Program-made: the position numbers and the translations under genes
Part shown: in pieces, positions 1 to 12,774 of the stretch
Layout of the letters: each line of letters opens with the position of its first letter
Numbering within the stretch: position 1 is the stretch's first letter
Notes under the pieces: model-generated
Database searches by the model: none
Seen by the model: the letters and a program-made list of their open reading frames with translations, nothing else
What the model was told of the DNA's origin: nothing
DNA from: Eledone cirrhosa
Lineage: Eukaryota
Direction of reading: 5' to 3'
Length of the DNA: 64,000 bases
NCBI GenBank assembly: GCA_964016885.1
Contig: OZ024746.1
Location: 64,728,001 to 64,792,000 of the forward strand

Positions 1-1072
1 AATCAGACCCAGATAATACTTCTTTTATTATCAGTTGCTGACGACTTACAAAGCTCAAGTAAGACTCAACTTGTAATACTTCTCACGTATCAAGGCAGTG
101 CTACAGCTATATAATATTAGTCAAATTCTTAAAGTGAACCATTTATTAATTGGCAAAGAAAAAACAAACAAACCAAAACACCTCACTACCACATGGCTTC
201 TTTTCTCTGCCTCTTCCCTCACTGCTTCTGCTCATCTCAACTAGCAAGTTGCATTACTATCTCTTTGCAATATTACCTGCTGCACCCACTTCTTGTAAAG
301 CGTTTGTTCAACCATTTCTCCCGGAACATTACAATCCTCTGGGATTTTCTCTCTACCATTGCTCCTATTACAGAGCTTAATCTACAGAAATTCCAGCTGA
401 ATAATCAACAACCTGAAACAATTAACAATGTTTACATTCACTGCATCGTCAACGCACGCACGCACACACACACTTTTATAGACAAGGGAGATAATTTTAG
501 ATAGCAAGGGGCGTAACTCTGACATATCTAACATTTTGCATATATCTAATCTTTATTAGAAACTTTTTTTGCATTTTTCTAAAATGGATTGAATTTGCAC
601 CAGTAATATAGTTTTATTCACCTTTTAACCATAAAAAAATGTTTTCACAGTAAACTTACACTCTGTGTTAATTAGGCCAGAAGAATGTTAAAAAAATTTA
701 CTGTGAATTTGAACTCGGAGCGCGGAGTTGGAACAAATACCACAAAGTCATGTTATTTGATGTTCTAATGATGCTGCCATTTCACTGCCTTATTCAGATA
801 TTACTGTGTCATATTGTTATCAATATAACACTGTAATATCTGTATATCTTCTGAGTGTTTAAGGTGTTTGCTTCCCAACTATATGGTACAATAGACAAGA
901 GTATTTTCCAATAATCTTGAGTTAACAATTCCTGATGAGTGAAATTGGTAAAGGGAAACTATATGAAAACCTACTGTATATATGTGCAACCAGATTTTAG
1001 CAATTTTGAACTGAATTTTGCTTTTAGGTATATTTCTATGATTTAATGATGTTATTTTATCTATCTTTTTAG

Positions 1073-1230
1073 GTAATTCCATACCTACTGTAGCTAGGAA
1101 TGGATCAATGCCACCAGGGATAGCCATGACAGGTGAATCAGCACAAACTAATTTCAACTACATGCCTCCAGAGAATGGTTACCATCAACGTCCTCAAATT
1201 TCTCAAGGCTACCACCCTTATCGACGTTGA
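1073..1230 (+). CDS. Terminal coding exon of an hnRNP A/B-family RNA-binding protein, most similar to DAZAP1/hrp48
   Basis: Pyrimidine-rich acceptor (tatctttttag, ends 1072), then an open frame NSIPTVARNGSMPPGIAMTGESAQTNFNYMPPENGYHQRPQISQGYHPYRR* with TGA at 1228-1230. The C-terminal (F/Y)HPYRR PY-NLS matches the known DAZAP1 ending. Upstream exons were not identified in the window. Confidence 0.7.
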
Positions 1231-1426
1231 TGGGTGTGTGGTCAGTTCATGACTACCACCCTTATTGATGTTGATGGGTGAGTGGTCAGTTCATGGCTAC
1301 CACCCTTCTCAACGTTGATGGGTGTGTGGTCAGTTCATGGCTACCACCTTTATCAACATAGATGGGTGTGTGGTCAGTTCATGGCTACCACCTTTATCAA
1401 CGTAGATGGGTGTGTGGTCAGTTCAT
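1207..1426 (+). repeat. 44-bp minisatellite, 5 copies, spanning the stop codon
   Basis: Unit ggctaccacccttatcgacgttgatgggtgtgtggtcagttcat starts at 1207, 1251, 1295, 1339 and 1383 with a few substitutions. Confidence 0.95.
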
Positions 1427-3599
1427 ATGGCCATTTTTACTGTTGTTAATGTTAAAACTGTTTTTGAACTCATTCATGAATGGAATTCAATAATTATAAT
1501 ATTCATTGAAGCACTGAAATAACCATATTTTCATAAAACAAACAATTTAAAAGTCTCATTTAAAATTAAATACAATTTGCAATTATTTAAATATTTGTTT
1601 ATTTTATTTTTGCAAAAAAAAATTTTTTAAATTATAATTCATCACATGGCTTTAAATGTGGATAACTATTAGCTGTGATGTTAAGGGTTAGACTAGGTTA
1701 TAACTTCAAATCATACAACATTTATTTTAGCAGATTATTTGTACGCATGCCTCACAGGTTGTTTGCTTGACTGACAATATCATTTTCCACTCCTGCTGTA
1801 GACACTGAATAAAAGCTGATATAGGGTGGAGAGGACTCTCGAGTCCAGTAAGACAGCCTCTCTAGTGCCAGTGACATGAATAATGTACCTAGTCAATATT
1901 ATAAAGTGGATAGTGATAAGAAGGGCATTCAGCCAGAAAAAGACTCAGCCAAAATTATGGAGAGCTTAACATCTAAGTCATTAATGGTAGTAAAGAAAGA
2001 CATCCACCTGTAAAAGCAATAACTCCAGCAAAAGCTATTTCAACCCATTATGCCAACTTGAGTCTTAGATATAAAATCATCTGTTTGTTTGACTCCTAGC
2101 ATTCAGTAGCATGATGGCAAAATAATAACTGAAAGTATTTACCTTATTGAAGGATATAATCTAAGAAAATTGTTAAGTTATCCTATTGTCAAGGTAGTAA
2201 ATTGACAAAATCATTAGGATGTTGGATTGAAAATGCCCTGGTATTTGTTCCAGTTCACTGTGTTCTTGAGTTCAAATCCTGCTGAGGTCAACTTTGTCTT
2301 TTATTATTTCAAGGTTGATAAATCAATATCTAGTCCAGCAATAGGGTTGATTCTTGCTCGCTCTTGAAGAAATTGTCTGTGTTCTGACTGGGGAGGAATG
2401 TATTCCATAAGGTGTAAAATGTGTAATACACATGGTGTATCAAGATGGTACTCCAACAACTCCACAAGGAATTAAGGACACTTCTCTGCTCTCCTATCCT
2501 ATTGCCTGGGGGTGGCGTGATTCTGTTAGAATTGTGTAACATCGTAATATATATATATATATATATATTTTTTTTTTTTGGTCAACATGCAGAAAAATTA
2601 ACTGGTTGCTTTAATGGTCTATTTAGAAAGACAAGATTAGTGCTACCTTTTACAATATATCAAAGTTACTCCAATAGCATGTTAATTGAAAAAACCAAGA
2701 AGTTATTTTGAATGTTAAGAAGTTTATGTAATACATTTTACATTATGTGAGGAGATGGATGGGTGATTTAAAGTCTTAATTTAAAATAAATTATTTCGGA
2801 GAAGCAGTAGATATTCTAAGTTTAAGGGACTTTGATGTAGAAAATAGCCAGAGGTGGGTAAAATGCTCTATTTTCTTCAGGATGGAAAAATTGAACTAAG
2901 AATGCTAAAACATTTCTGAAGAATGTTAGTAATATAAGTAAAAGGAAACAGTTAAAAAGTGGAATTGAAGCCAAGCTTGCTTGAGTCTTCCACTTGAGAA
3001 CTCAGCTGCTCTGAAGCTGAAAAGTAAAGTTCTTGTCAATCATTTCTAACAGTGATAAGAATTAGAAATATGTTATATATAATAAATATTTCTGTATAAA
3101 TATTGATAACAATCTTCCTTTCAAATTGATCAATCTGCTCTCCATTTGTCTTCAGATGCTATATATGTATAATATATTTCAGTAGGATACAAATTAGTAA
3201 AATTGTTAGAACATAGGATAAAATACTTTGCTGTATTTGTGTCAACTCTGCTCTCTAAGTTTGAAGTCAACCTTTTTAAAATAGGTACATCATAAATGAC
3301 ATGTAAAGACATGTCATTTATAGGTGATAGTCTTACACATTTCTGGGTGCCTTTAATGGAGTTCAAGGTAGGTCAACAGTTTGATGAAGATATCCTCCTT
3401 CTTTCTACCAGTCTTGGAAGTCCTGCAAAATAAAATGAGGCATGGGTGCTTCCTTTTCCTCCCTGACCAAACAGTAAAAATAAAATGGTGGGTTCAAACC
3501 CATTCTACAGAAATGAATGTTTGTGTGTGTGTTGAGAACTGGGTATTTGGAATTGTGCAGATATTAGATCAACGAGAATAGTGTATAAAACACAAAATA

Positions 3600-4270
3600 A
3601 CCAAAAATTAGGCTTAGAGTCCAGATAAGAAAAGGCTAAGCATAATGGTCAGTATGAGTCCTGTGGAGATGTTGGACAATATATAAGTGATGAGATAAGG
3701 AGAGACAAGTGAATTGAATGGAGATGTCATAAGATAAGCCAGCTCCGAGGAGTAGAAGCCACTGGAAACTCTGAGTGAAGAGACTGGGATGTTTCTATGA
3801 GTGACTTCATACCAATTAGTTAAGTGAACTATCTCTGGATGTGGTTTAGGATGTCTATGTATGTATGTAACCACAGCACCTACCCAGAAGAGGGAACAGT
3901 TCACCATTGTGAGTCTTGCATGAACTTTGTTGAGGATTAGTTGTTGCTTGTAATACCAATGACCCCTGTAGACTGGTAGGCTAAATTGCATATATGAAAG
4001 ATCGTAGCATAATCTCTTAAGAAGAGAGAAAACATACATCCTGGTTACTGGGCCTAGTGGCTGTCTTATTCATTACCATTACATCAACTGCTTGCTTCAT
4101 TTGTAAAATATGTCAACACTTGATTTCTCAACATCCATATCATCAATTACATGGCCACTGAGCCTCTGAAGTACTTCCACAATCAGCCATTGAATGGTGC
4201 CAAGTTTGATCAGAACTTAATTCTATGACAATTACCATTGCTCTCTACTGTTGTCATCAGATGACACAAT
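3600..4270 (-). pseudogene. Highly decayed CR1/L2-like LINE RT C-terminal fragment
   Basis: Minus-strand remnants QQLILNKVHARLTMVNCSLFWVGA and YSSELAYLM resemble the LYK..IRP.MEYCS..W and CSSELA motifs. Confidence 0.45.
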
Positions 4271-4619
4271 ATTCTAAAATAGAGTGAAAAGCTAAGAACA
4301 AAAGTAAGATATGTGTTTGTTTTACATTTGCAGCTTAGGGAACCACAAAACCGAGTGTCTTCAGTGATAATTAAAGTCATAGATATTGTTGTTTAGTCCT
4401 AAGTTAATTCTGTTTGAGCAGACCAATGGTCAACAGCCACTCAAACTCTTTAAAGATGTATAGGACTACATTTTCTAATGTATTCATTCTGGATCTTATA
4501 ATTTTACTTTCATATAATTATGCATACAAATAAACAGTTTATATTTTTTTATAAAAAAGGGAGAAAAAAGGGTAGGAGAGGAAACTTGCATATTCAACTA
4601 CATACCACAACACAGGACA

Positions 4620-5040
4620 CTACTATTTCTCTCAAATATTAGCTAAACCAACACACCATAACAAGGAATGTTACAATTTCCCTCTAATATTTTTGTTAGC
4701 TAAACCCACAGACCACAAGGAATGCTACAATTTCCCTCTAATATCTTTGTTAGCTAAACCCACAGACCACAAGGAATGCTACAATTTCCCTCTAATATCT
4801 TTGTTAGCTAAATCAACACACCACAAGGAATGCTACAATTTCCCTCTAATATTTTTGTTAGCTAAACCCACAGACCACAAGGAATGCTACAATTTCCCTC
4901 TAATATCTTTGTTAGCTAAACCCACAGACCACAAGGAATGCTACAATTTCCCTCTAATATTTTTGTTAGCTAAATCAACACACCACAACAAAGGATACTA
5001 CAATTTCCCTCTAATATCTTTGTTAGCTAAACCCACAGAC
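4620..5040 (+). repeat. 54-bp minisatellite (about 7.5 copies) inside an interspersed repeat
   Basis: Unit ttgttagctaaacccacagaccacaaggaatgctacaatttccctctaatatct; the flanks match 9668-9890. Confidence 0.9.
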
Positions 5041-5595
5041 TCATGGCTTTGCCTCGGGTAATAGTGAGGCTAAGATGCTGGAATAACCAAGCGTTCTTAT
5101 AAACATCATATGATATGTCAGTAAGGTGGTGAGCTGTCAACAATGACAAGAACCTCATTGTCAGTGGTTCAGCTCAACCAAACATCAGGAATGTCACAGG
5201 TTGAAAAAAATAGTTTGCTGATAATTCCTAGTTTTATGATTTGATTTTATATGGTTACTTATGCAGTTAGTCACGTTTGCTGCAGTATCCAGGATGTGGG
5301 AAGAAGTGAAAGAGTGGCTAACTGCAGTGTTGCAAATGAGACATCTACCTCTTATCCAAGGGCAAAAGGTAGGACCAGCTGACTTCTTATCAATTCAGAT
5401 GACTCCAGGATTGAAAGGATAATGAGGTTCAGCTTGGTATAGCGGGTAAAGCTACCTGCTTTCAATAGGCAGGGCAATTCAGGAAGACATGTGGAATCAA
5501 GAGACCTGTTACAACATTTAAATCCTTCACAGACATCACTTCCAACTCAATGGAAATATGGAACTCAATCAGACATATATATATATATATATATA

Positions 5596-5910
5596 AAATA
5601 AAGGAATGAAGAATAACATGGATCAGCTATACTGTAGGGTTTATTCCAAGTATTAACAAATGTTTCATTGGTCCATTGTGTCTAAAAACTTATCAGCAGT
5701 GTGTCGTGACAATCAATTTTAAGTACAGTTTATACCAACCAAATTTTCAAAATACTGTAGTTGGTTGGTGTAAACTGTACATAAAATCGATTGTCATGAC
5801 ATATTGCAGATAGCGATTTTTAGACACACTGGACCAATGAAATATTTCTTAATACTTGGAATAAACCCTACTGTATAACCGATCCGTGTTATTCTTCACT
5901 CCTTTATTAT
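5596..5910. repeat. Fold-back inverted repeat with arms of about 145 bp
   Basis: ataaaggaatgaagaataacatggatc...ccaaccaa is mirrored by ttggttgg...gatccgtgttattcttcactcctttat. Confidence 0.85.
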
Positions 5911-6374
5911 TAATATTCCAGAAACTGCTTAGCTAGGAACTGTTAGGAATCGGCCACCCGAACACCACAACCAAGTAAACATCTTGTCGAGTCAAACAAC
6001 GCCAAACGTTAGAATCATCCACGGCACCGATTACCCTTAACTTCTACTTGGATTACCTCAAACGATACCTCGTTTACTTAAATATATATATATATAATAC
6101 TTATTTTTATGCATAATTATGTCAAAGAAAAAAAAACCTGGTTTGTGAACCAGAGCAAGACAAAGGCGAAGCTGAATTGATGACAACAGATAGGACGGGA
6201 AGATAGCAAGGGAAAACAGCCAGTGGAAAGCATTGATAGAACTGTCCATGGTTCCTAACCCTCAGTAATGAGCATGGGAAATACAGTGAAGTGAAGTGCA
6301 ATTAATCAAACATTTAATTTCTTATATCAAATGGTGAAACATCAATATTGCATATAATATTTTATCAAACAGCT

Positions 6375-6585
6375 GGATTGGCAGTATTGCTGGAGCGTCG
6401 GACAACATGATTTATGGCATAGAGTTACTGCCCATTACGATCTGAGTTCAAATCCTGCCTAGTTTAGTTTTGCTTTTCATCCTTACAGGGTCGATAAATA
6501 AAGTACCTGTAATGCACTGGGGACCATTTAGTCGACTTTCCCCTCCCCAAAAATTGTTGACTTTGTGCCTAAATCAGAAACCAAT
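6375..6585 (+). mobile_element. tRNA-derived SINE (Nin/Deu-domain-like family)
   Basis: Box B-like gagttcaaatcc and central tttcatccttacagggtcgataaataaagtacc. Confidence 0.8.
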
Positions 6586-6920
6586 ATTTTATCAAACAGA
6601 TGTTCAATATTCTTCTGTCGCCACATAAATTCCAAATGGTAACTATCAAGTAACTTCTGGTAAGTGTCACACTATTTTTGTTTCTTCTTTTAGAGCGAAA
6701 CCATGAGCTTTCTACCATTTGAGTATGAATTCCTGAAATTCAACAATATTTTCAGAATGGTTAACTGTTAGATGTCTGTATCACATTCCTATAATTTAAT
6801 TAATTCCTTGGTATGAAGCTCAACTATCAGTCAATATCACTGATCTGTGAGCAATCGAAGTTTTGATAATATTGAGAAGAGTATCTTTAGTAAACTCGCC
6901 GAATACCCATTGCTGAAATA

Positions 6921-7275
6921 CCGTATTTCCGGGCGCCGAAGACACTTCGCCCTCGATGACGCACCCTAATTTTGACAACCAAAAATTTGAAAAAAAGAAA
7001 AATAGAAATAATTGTTTCTACTTTTGGCACAAGGCCAGAATTATCCAGTGTATTACTGGTACTTTATTTTATCGACCCCATAAGGATGAAAGGCAAAGTT
7101 AACCTCGGCGGGATTTGAACTCAGAATGGCAAGGGCCGTAACTCTATGCGTCAAAGCATGGCGTCCGACCCTCTACCGATACGGCTAAAAACAACCTTCA
7201 GCCTGCAGGACGCATGGTAGATTTTTGAGACTTACTTTAAGAAAAAAGTAGCGTCTTCGACGCCGGGAAATACGG
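6921..7275. mobile_element. Tc1/mariner(pogo)-type MITE with a nested SINE (about 7007-7185, minus)
   Basis: TIRs ccgtatttccgggcgccgaagac / gtcttcgacgccgggaaatacgg, with TA on both sides (6919-6920 and 7276-7277). Confidence 0.85.
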
Positions 7276-7723
7276 TAAATAAATTTAAAAAGAAACAGTA
7301 GATAAAACAGTATAACTTTACGAAATTCCAATTTGAAGTTTTCAAACCATGTGTTTTTACGAAAGCCCACTGATATACGGCATTCCTTTTTATAACACTT
7401 CCATCTGTCTGGATTAAATATTAAGACAAGCGACCATTTTGGCAGTACCTTTCATCGTGTAACGACCCATGATGTTGTAGGAAATTCACAGCGTTCTCCT
7501 TCGTTGGAGGTGTTTTACATGAAATCTGTAGTACTTGTGGTCAGATAGTATTTTGCGGTCGTTTAGCAGAAAAAGTTCATTAACTCTTGACGATTTCGTC
7601 GCATTTCTAATCAGAGATCGTTCTATTGCAATAAGGAATATTATTTAGCTTCATCAATAGTCTCAGATAGTATCTCCATTACAAACCATGTTAGATAGCT
7701 GATGCATACTACCATCTTCTAAA

Positions 7724-8035
7724 GGCGCGTGGCTTTGTGGTTAGGGTCTTCAGCTCACAATCGCAAGAGTTCGATTCCCAGCGGCGCGTTGTGTTCTTGA
7801 GCAAGACACTTTATTTCACGTTGCTCCAGTCCACTCAGCTGGCAAAAATGAGTTATGCCAGTAATTTGAAGGATCAGCCTTGTTATATTCTGTGTCACGT
7901 TCAATTTCTCTGAGAACTACGTTAAGGATACACGTGCCTGTGGAATGCTCAGCCACTTTCACATTAATTTCATGAGCAATCTGTTGCATTGATCGTATCA
8001 TCAGGAGCACTCGTCGTCGCAACCGACGGAGTGCA
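7724..8035 (+). mobile_element. tRNA-derived SINE with Meta/CORE-like central domain
   Basis: tRNA-like head (ggcgcgtggctttgtggttagg...gagttcgattccc) and the tgtgttcttgagcaagacactttatttcac core. Confidence 0.8.
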
Positions 8036-8109
8036 TTCATAAACTACAATCCCGATGCACCGTTAAATTCGGAACTCTCTGGATTTTACGAAGTAAATCA
8101 GAGTTAAAC

Positions 8110-8365
8110 TGGCACTCCGTCGACGTGCAAGTGGCTGAGCATTCCACAGACATACCTACTTTTAACATAGTTTCCAGGGAGAGTCAGCGTGATACAGAAT
8201 GTGGCATGGCTGGTCTTTCGAATTACAGATACAACTCATTTTTTGCCAGCTGTGTTGACTAGAGCAACGTGAAATAAAGTGTCTTGCTCAAGGACACAAC
8301 GCACCAAACTCATAACCTTAAGATTGTGAACCAAATACTCGAACTATTAAGTCACTCACCTTCGC
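8110..8365 (-). mobile_element. Second copy of the same SINE, inverted
   Basis: Reverse complement of 7724-8035 (gtgaaataaagtgtcttgctcaaggacacaac). Confidence 0.8.
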
Positions 8366-8407
8366 AAATCATAGTTTGTATTAACATGAAATAAGCATAA
8401 AAAAATA

Positions 8408-9060
8408 TTCTTCTTCATCACCCACTTATTCCTGGGTGGGTCATGGGGGGACAGATTCCCTTCCAGCGGGTCCTATCAGAAGCAACCGTCTCCAACTTAT
8501 CCGGCAAGATCAACCAAACTCATGGGTGTTATCCAACCATCTTGCGAGGAGTCTACCCTTGGGTCTTCTTCCGGTTGGTTTTGCCCGTAAAATCTGCCCA
8601 GCGATTCTTTTCTGAGACATTCTAACCACGTACCCAAAGTATCGGAGCTGTGATCGGAGCTAATTCGGAAAGGTAGCTGCTCTACCTGATTTCCGAGCTA
8701 CGCACTCTATCGAGTAACGTTACTCCAAAGACCCTTCTGAGAATCTCGTTTCAGCTACTTGTATTCTCGATTATATTCTTTCAGTCATTACCCAAGATTA
8801 ATGACCATAGGTAAGGGCTGTCACAGATACCAAACGGAAGAAAGCGGGTTTGACTTTTACACTGCTGAGCAAATGTTGAAGCTGACGCACTACTGCACCA
8901 GCTCCTGCAATTCTTGCACTTAATTTAGCCACTCATGAATATTGCACCGAGTTACTTGAACTTCTCTACCTGCTTCAGTGGAACTCCTCTCATTGAATGG
9001 TTTCGATTTAGCACCATTTATCCGAACTCAAATACTCAGGCATTCATATAGAGACATCAG
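8408..9060 (-). mobile_element. 5'-truncated decayed RTE-clade LINE
   Basis: Minus strand reads LTYGH*SWVMTERI*SRIQVAETRF (the LTYGHESW motif) and ends in a gatgaagaagaa tail. Confidence 0.7.
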
Positions 9061-10194
9061 GGCAACAAGAAACTTTCCATCGATCCCATGCTGCCGCAGA
9101 ACCTTACAGTATCATTTAAATTAGTTTGGCTCATAGGGGAGATAACTCTGGCCACATTTGGCTTCTTTTTGTTTAGGATTAAGCGAAGCAGAGACGTTAC
9201 TGGGCAGACCGAAGTTGTGGTGAAATATCGAGAATTATTGTCAACAGAGGTCGGAGAATAAGATAGTTCTGACTTCAAAACTTACAAATACACTTAGGTA
9301 TGTGAATTTAAGATTTTAACATTCAATCCTAAATTTATTTGGTCGATTCAGGAATTAAACCTGAACATGACTTGTAATAATAATTTATGAAATTGATCTA
9401 CTACGTTCATGCTTCGCTTCACACACGTCTTTGACAATCCCACCACAGTCAATTTGTGTAAGGATTTTCTTATGTTATAGTAACATCTATCATTTTCAAA
9501 TGGATTATATACAGTTTAACTATTTTCCAGGTGGTATTTTTTTCCAATCAGTCCTGCAATTGTTTCATATTACCAAGCTCCCCATTATTGTTTTTTTTTT
9601 TTTTCTGGATGTAGTAATAATATTTTATATCAAATCAAATTTATTTCCTTTTAATGTATGATTTTTGGTTTTACTTTCACATAATTATGCATACAAATAA
9701 ACACAATTTATTATTTATTTTAAGGAGAAAAAAACGTAGGGGAGAAAACATGCATACTCAACCACACACCCCAAGGGCACTACAATTTTCTTCTAATAAT
9801 TTTAATAATTTTTTAGACAAGCCAGCACTTTCATGGCATTGCCGCGGGTGCTTGTAAATTTAAGACGTTGAAATAACCAAACACACCTCTGTAAGGTGAC
9901 CCACCAATAATCACTAACAGTGGCCTAGCTACTACAGGCTAGAATTTAAAAAAAAATGTCAATAATTCCTGATATTTTAGAGTTTAATTTTGTTCGTTTA
10001 TGGATACAGTCAGGCAGTAAGTCACCCTCACCTTTATTTATTTATTTATTTATTTACGAAATAGTTGAACCACATTTGAAGTACACGTGTCAATTATTGT
10101 GATGTGGTTCACTCTATAGCACAAATATCATTTCAATTTGTGCTTTTCACTCTTTGAACAGAGTTTTGGGAATAATGCAATGTTTCCATTTATC

Positions 10195-10370
10195 AGACCT
10201 GTCAACCTCTAAAAACCAACCCAAACGGGGAGTACCATGAAAAAAATGAGGCAAAATGGGGAGATTTTACATAAAAGCTATAACTATTTTCACAAGAGAA
10301 GACATCTCTCACCCTCCCCAAAGGCTATTGCAAATCTCCTCGTCGGACGGAGAGACTTTTGGTAGAGATT
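10195..10370. mobile_element. MITE fragment homologous, in inverted orientation, to 22984-23173
   Basis: Starts cagacctgtcaac; internal tgaggcaaaatggggagattttacataa is the reverse complement of the 23.1 kb copy. Confidence 0.65.
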
Positions 10371-10402
10371 TTGTCTTTGGTTTCAATTTAGTTACATAAA
10401 AG

Positions 10403-10650
10403 GCAGAACGGAATATAATTCTAAAATACCCAAAATTATCGGCAAACTATTTTTTTTCAGCCTGTGGCCTCCAATACATTTGAGGGAGCTGGATCATCGA
10501 CAATGAGGTTCTTGTCATTGTTGGCGGCTCACTTTACTGACGTATATGGTAATACCTGTGAGGTTGCTTGCTTATTCCAGCGTCTTAGCCTCGTTATCAC
10601 CCGCGGCAATGTTACCAGTGTGTTAGCTTGCCTCAACATATTATTTGAGG
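10403..10650 (+). pseudogene. CRE-like non-LTR element, restriction-like endonuclease C-terminus
   Basis: AERNIILKYPKLSANYFF/QPVASNTFEGAG...LFQRLSLVITRGNVTSVLA matches the AE..K..KY / FQRLS.AIQRGNA.SVL pattern, with one frameshift. Confidence 0.65.
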
Positions 10651-11439
10651 AGAAACTCCAGCACCACATGTTAAGGAGTGTGCATGTCTTCGTCTGTTAG
10701 TCCACTTCCTTTTTTCACATAAAAATAAAGGTTGAAGTCTTCCTTCGGTCCGGAATGATTATGGGTTTTGCACCTAGAAAGTTCCACTCCGAGGCACAAG
10801 ACTGGACAAGATGTTTTTGGGGAAGACCAGCAGTCGTCTATGCATACCAGTCTCATATCGCCACGCCGCCGATGTTGTTTAAGGGAAAGACAAAGGCCGA
10901 TATATCTTGGCATCAGAGACGTCGCAACTCATTCCTACGGCTAAGTAAACTGAAGCAACGTGAAATAAAGTGTTTTGCCGAAGGACACAATGCATAGCCT
11001 AGTTCGGGAATCGAATTCACAACCACATGATTTTGAATCAAACTCTCAAATTGTGTATATTTGTATTGATTATTTACTGAACCAAAGGGAAACAACTCCG
11101 TCCTTACTGATTCATTTATAGCTATTTCAGCAAATACGACGAAAGATGTGGGTTTGGGGTTCAAATTCTGGAAGGTGTTGACTCCGTCGTTCATCCTTTC
11201 TGGATTTATGAAATAAGTATCTGCAATATACTAGGAGTCGATTCATTTGATTTTATCAATCACTTATGGATATATGGCCTTATGGCAGTGTGAGGTAGGT
11301 GGATGGGGGAAAATCTATATATATGTATATCTATTGAACGCCTGTATATTATTACCAGCACCAGTAATGCACTGGGGGGAGGGGGGGGGGGGGGGTAATT
11401 GCTGGCCTTGTGCCAAAAGTAGAAACAATTATTACAATA

Positions 11440-11745
11440 CAAACGAGTTGGTCCTGGGAGAGGTAGATGGTCGTGACTATACGGAAGCGAAAGCTTCAAT
11501 ACTGTGGCCATATCACCAGGGCCCAGCATCTCTGTACCCATATCCTGGAGGACACACTAATGGCAGAAGATAGAGAGAAAGACCAAGGAGACGCTGGAGT
11601 GATGACATCAGGGTTTTAGATGAGAAGAACGCTGACGGGGTTCGCGGTCATGATGAGAGAGGTGAACCAGTGGAGATCATTGGTGCAATTGTCCATAGTC
11701 CCCGACCCTCATTACCGAGGGTGGGAAAAGACGAAGAATGTTATT
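11440..11745 (+). mobile_element. RTE-clade LINE 3' fragment
   Basis: RKRKLQYCGHITRAQHLCTHILE...RERPRRRWSDDIR. Confidence 0.7.
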
Positions 11746-12301
11746 ACTCGTATGAAAGTACAAATGATTGAGAAGATAGAATATCGAACAACCAATCTGT
11801 AGGTCAGTGGTTTGTGTAATGCTAATCAATTAGTCGTATTATCACTCCCATGCCAGGTCACGTTTCAATGTTGCCCGATCAGCAAAACCGTATGCCGGGT
11901 CTCTCTCTCTCTCTCTCTCGCAGAGAGAGAGATGGGGCCTTTACTCTTTATAATATATGTATGTATGTAGTATTAATTATACTATTTATGGTTATGTAAA
12001 TACAAAAACCTTTTGCAGTTATATGTATTTTTTATACAAACCCTAAATAGTGGTAGGCAGTAATGTATTACTACCTTATTACCAGTAAGTTAAGTAGCTC
12101 AATGTAAAAACATCAGATGATTTACAGAGCAGTTATATGAAATATAAGAATCAAAGAACTGTTCAAAGCACAATAATGTATGTATGTATACATTTATGTT
12201 CCCTACCGAAGCACAAGTTTGCATACCGGTCTTCCCCTTCCACGTCAAGGGAAAGGCAATTTGAAATAAAGTGTATTGCTTCACCCGGTCCGGGAATTAA
12301 A

Positions 12302-12608
12302 AACAAAGCGAGGTTTCACATTAAGATCTTTATTGATTATAAACAGTTACGACTGTTTCACAGATGGTTGGCTCGGGATCTATGTAAATGCTATCGACCC
12401 GACTCCAGCCTGATCTGCTCATCAGACTTGTTAATCAAGCAAAAAAAAAAAAAAAAAAAAAATGCAAAAAGATTAACAAGTCTGACGAGCAGATCGGGCC
12501 CGAGTCGGGTCTATAACATTTACATAGATCCTGAGTCACCATCTGTGAAACGGCCGTAACTATGTATAATCAATAAAAACCTTAAATGTGAAACCTCGCT
12601 TTCTTTTT
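12302..12608. repeat. Fold-back element with one hammerhead ribozyme motif per arm
   Basis: Inverted arms of about 135 bp around an A-rich spacer. Confidence 0.9.
12479..12561 (+). ncRNA. Type I hammerhead ribozyme with extended stem II
   Basis: AGT-CTGACGA-GCAGAT...ATCTGT-GAAA-CGGCCG-TA-ACT. The minus-strand twin at 12344-12428 reads AGT-CTGATGA-GCAGAT...ATCTGT-GAAA-CAGTCG-TA-ACT. Confidence 0.75.
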
Positions 12609-12774
12609 AATAGAGGACTAATTTTGGTACCTTCCTCAGTAAACCATGAATCTACTGAACCCGACTCTTTCTAATATAGTCACACTCTACTATCCCAAGT
12701 ATGGAGTACTCTGCTAGATAATGGTCTCTCTAGTTTAATACTGACACATACGCACACACATATATATATTTGGA

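Noticed and set aside
1207-1426. CRISPR-like regular repeats
   Set aside because: No unique spacers, no cas genes, eukaryotic context.
4693-5061. Repeat protein LAKPTDHKECYNFPLIS
   Set aside because: The 54-bp unit keeps the frame open by arithmetic, and it lies inside a dispersed repeat.
6375-6470. tRNA genes suggested by box A/B motifs
   Set aside because: These are SINE heads followed by SINE bodies; no cloverleaf.
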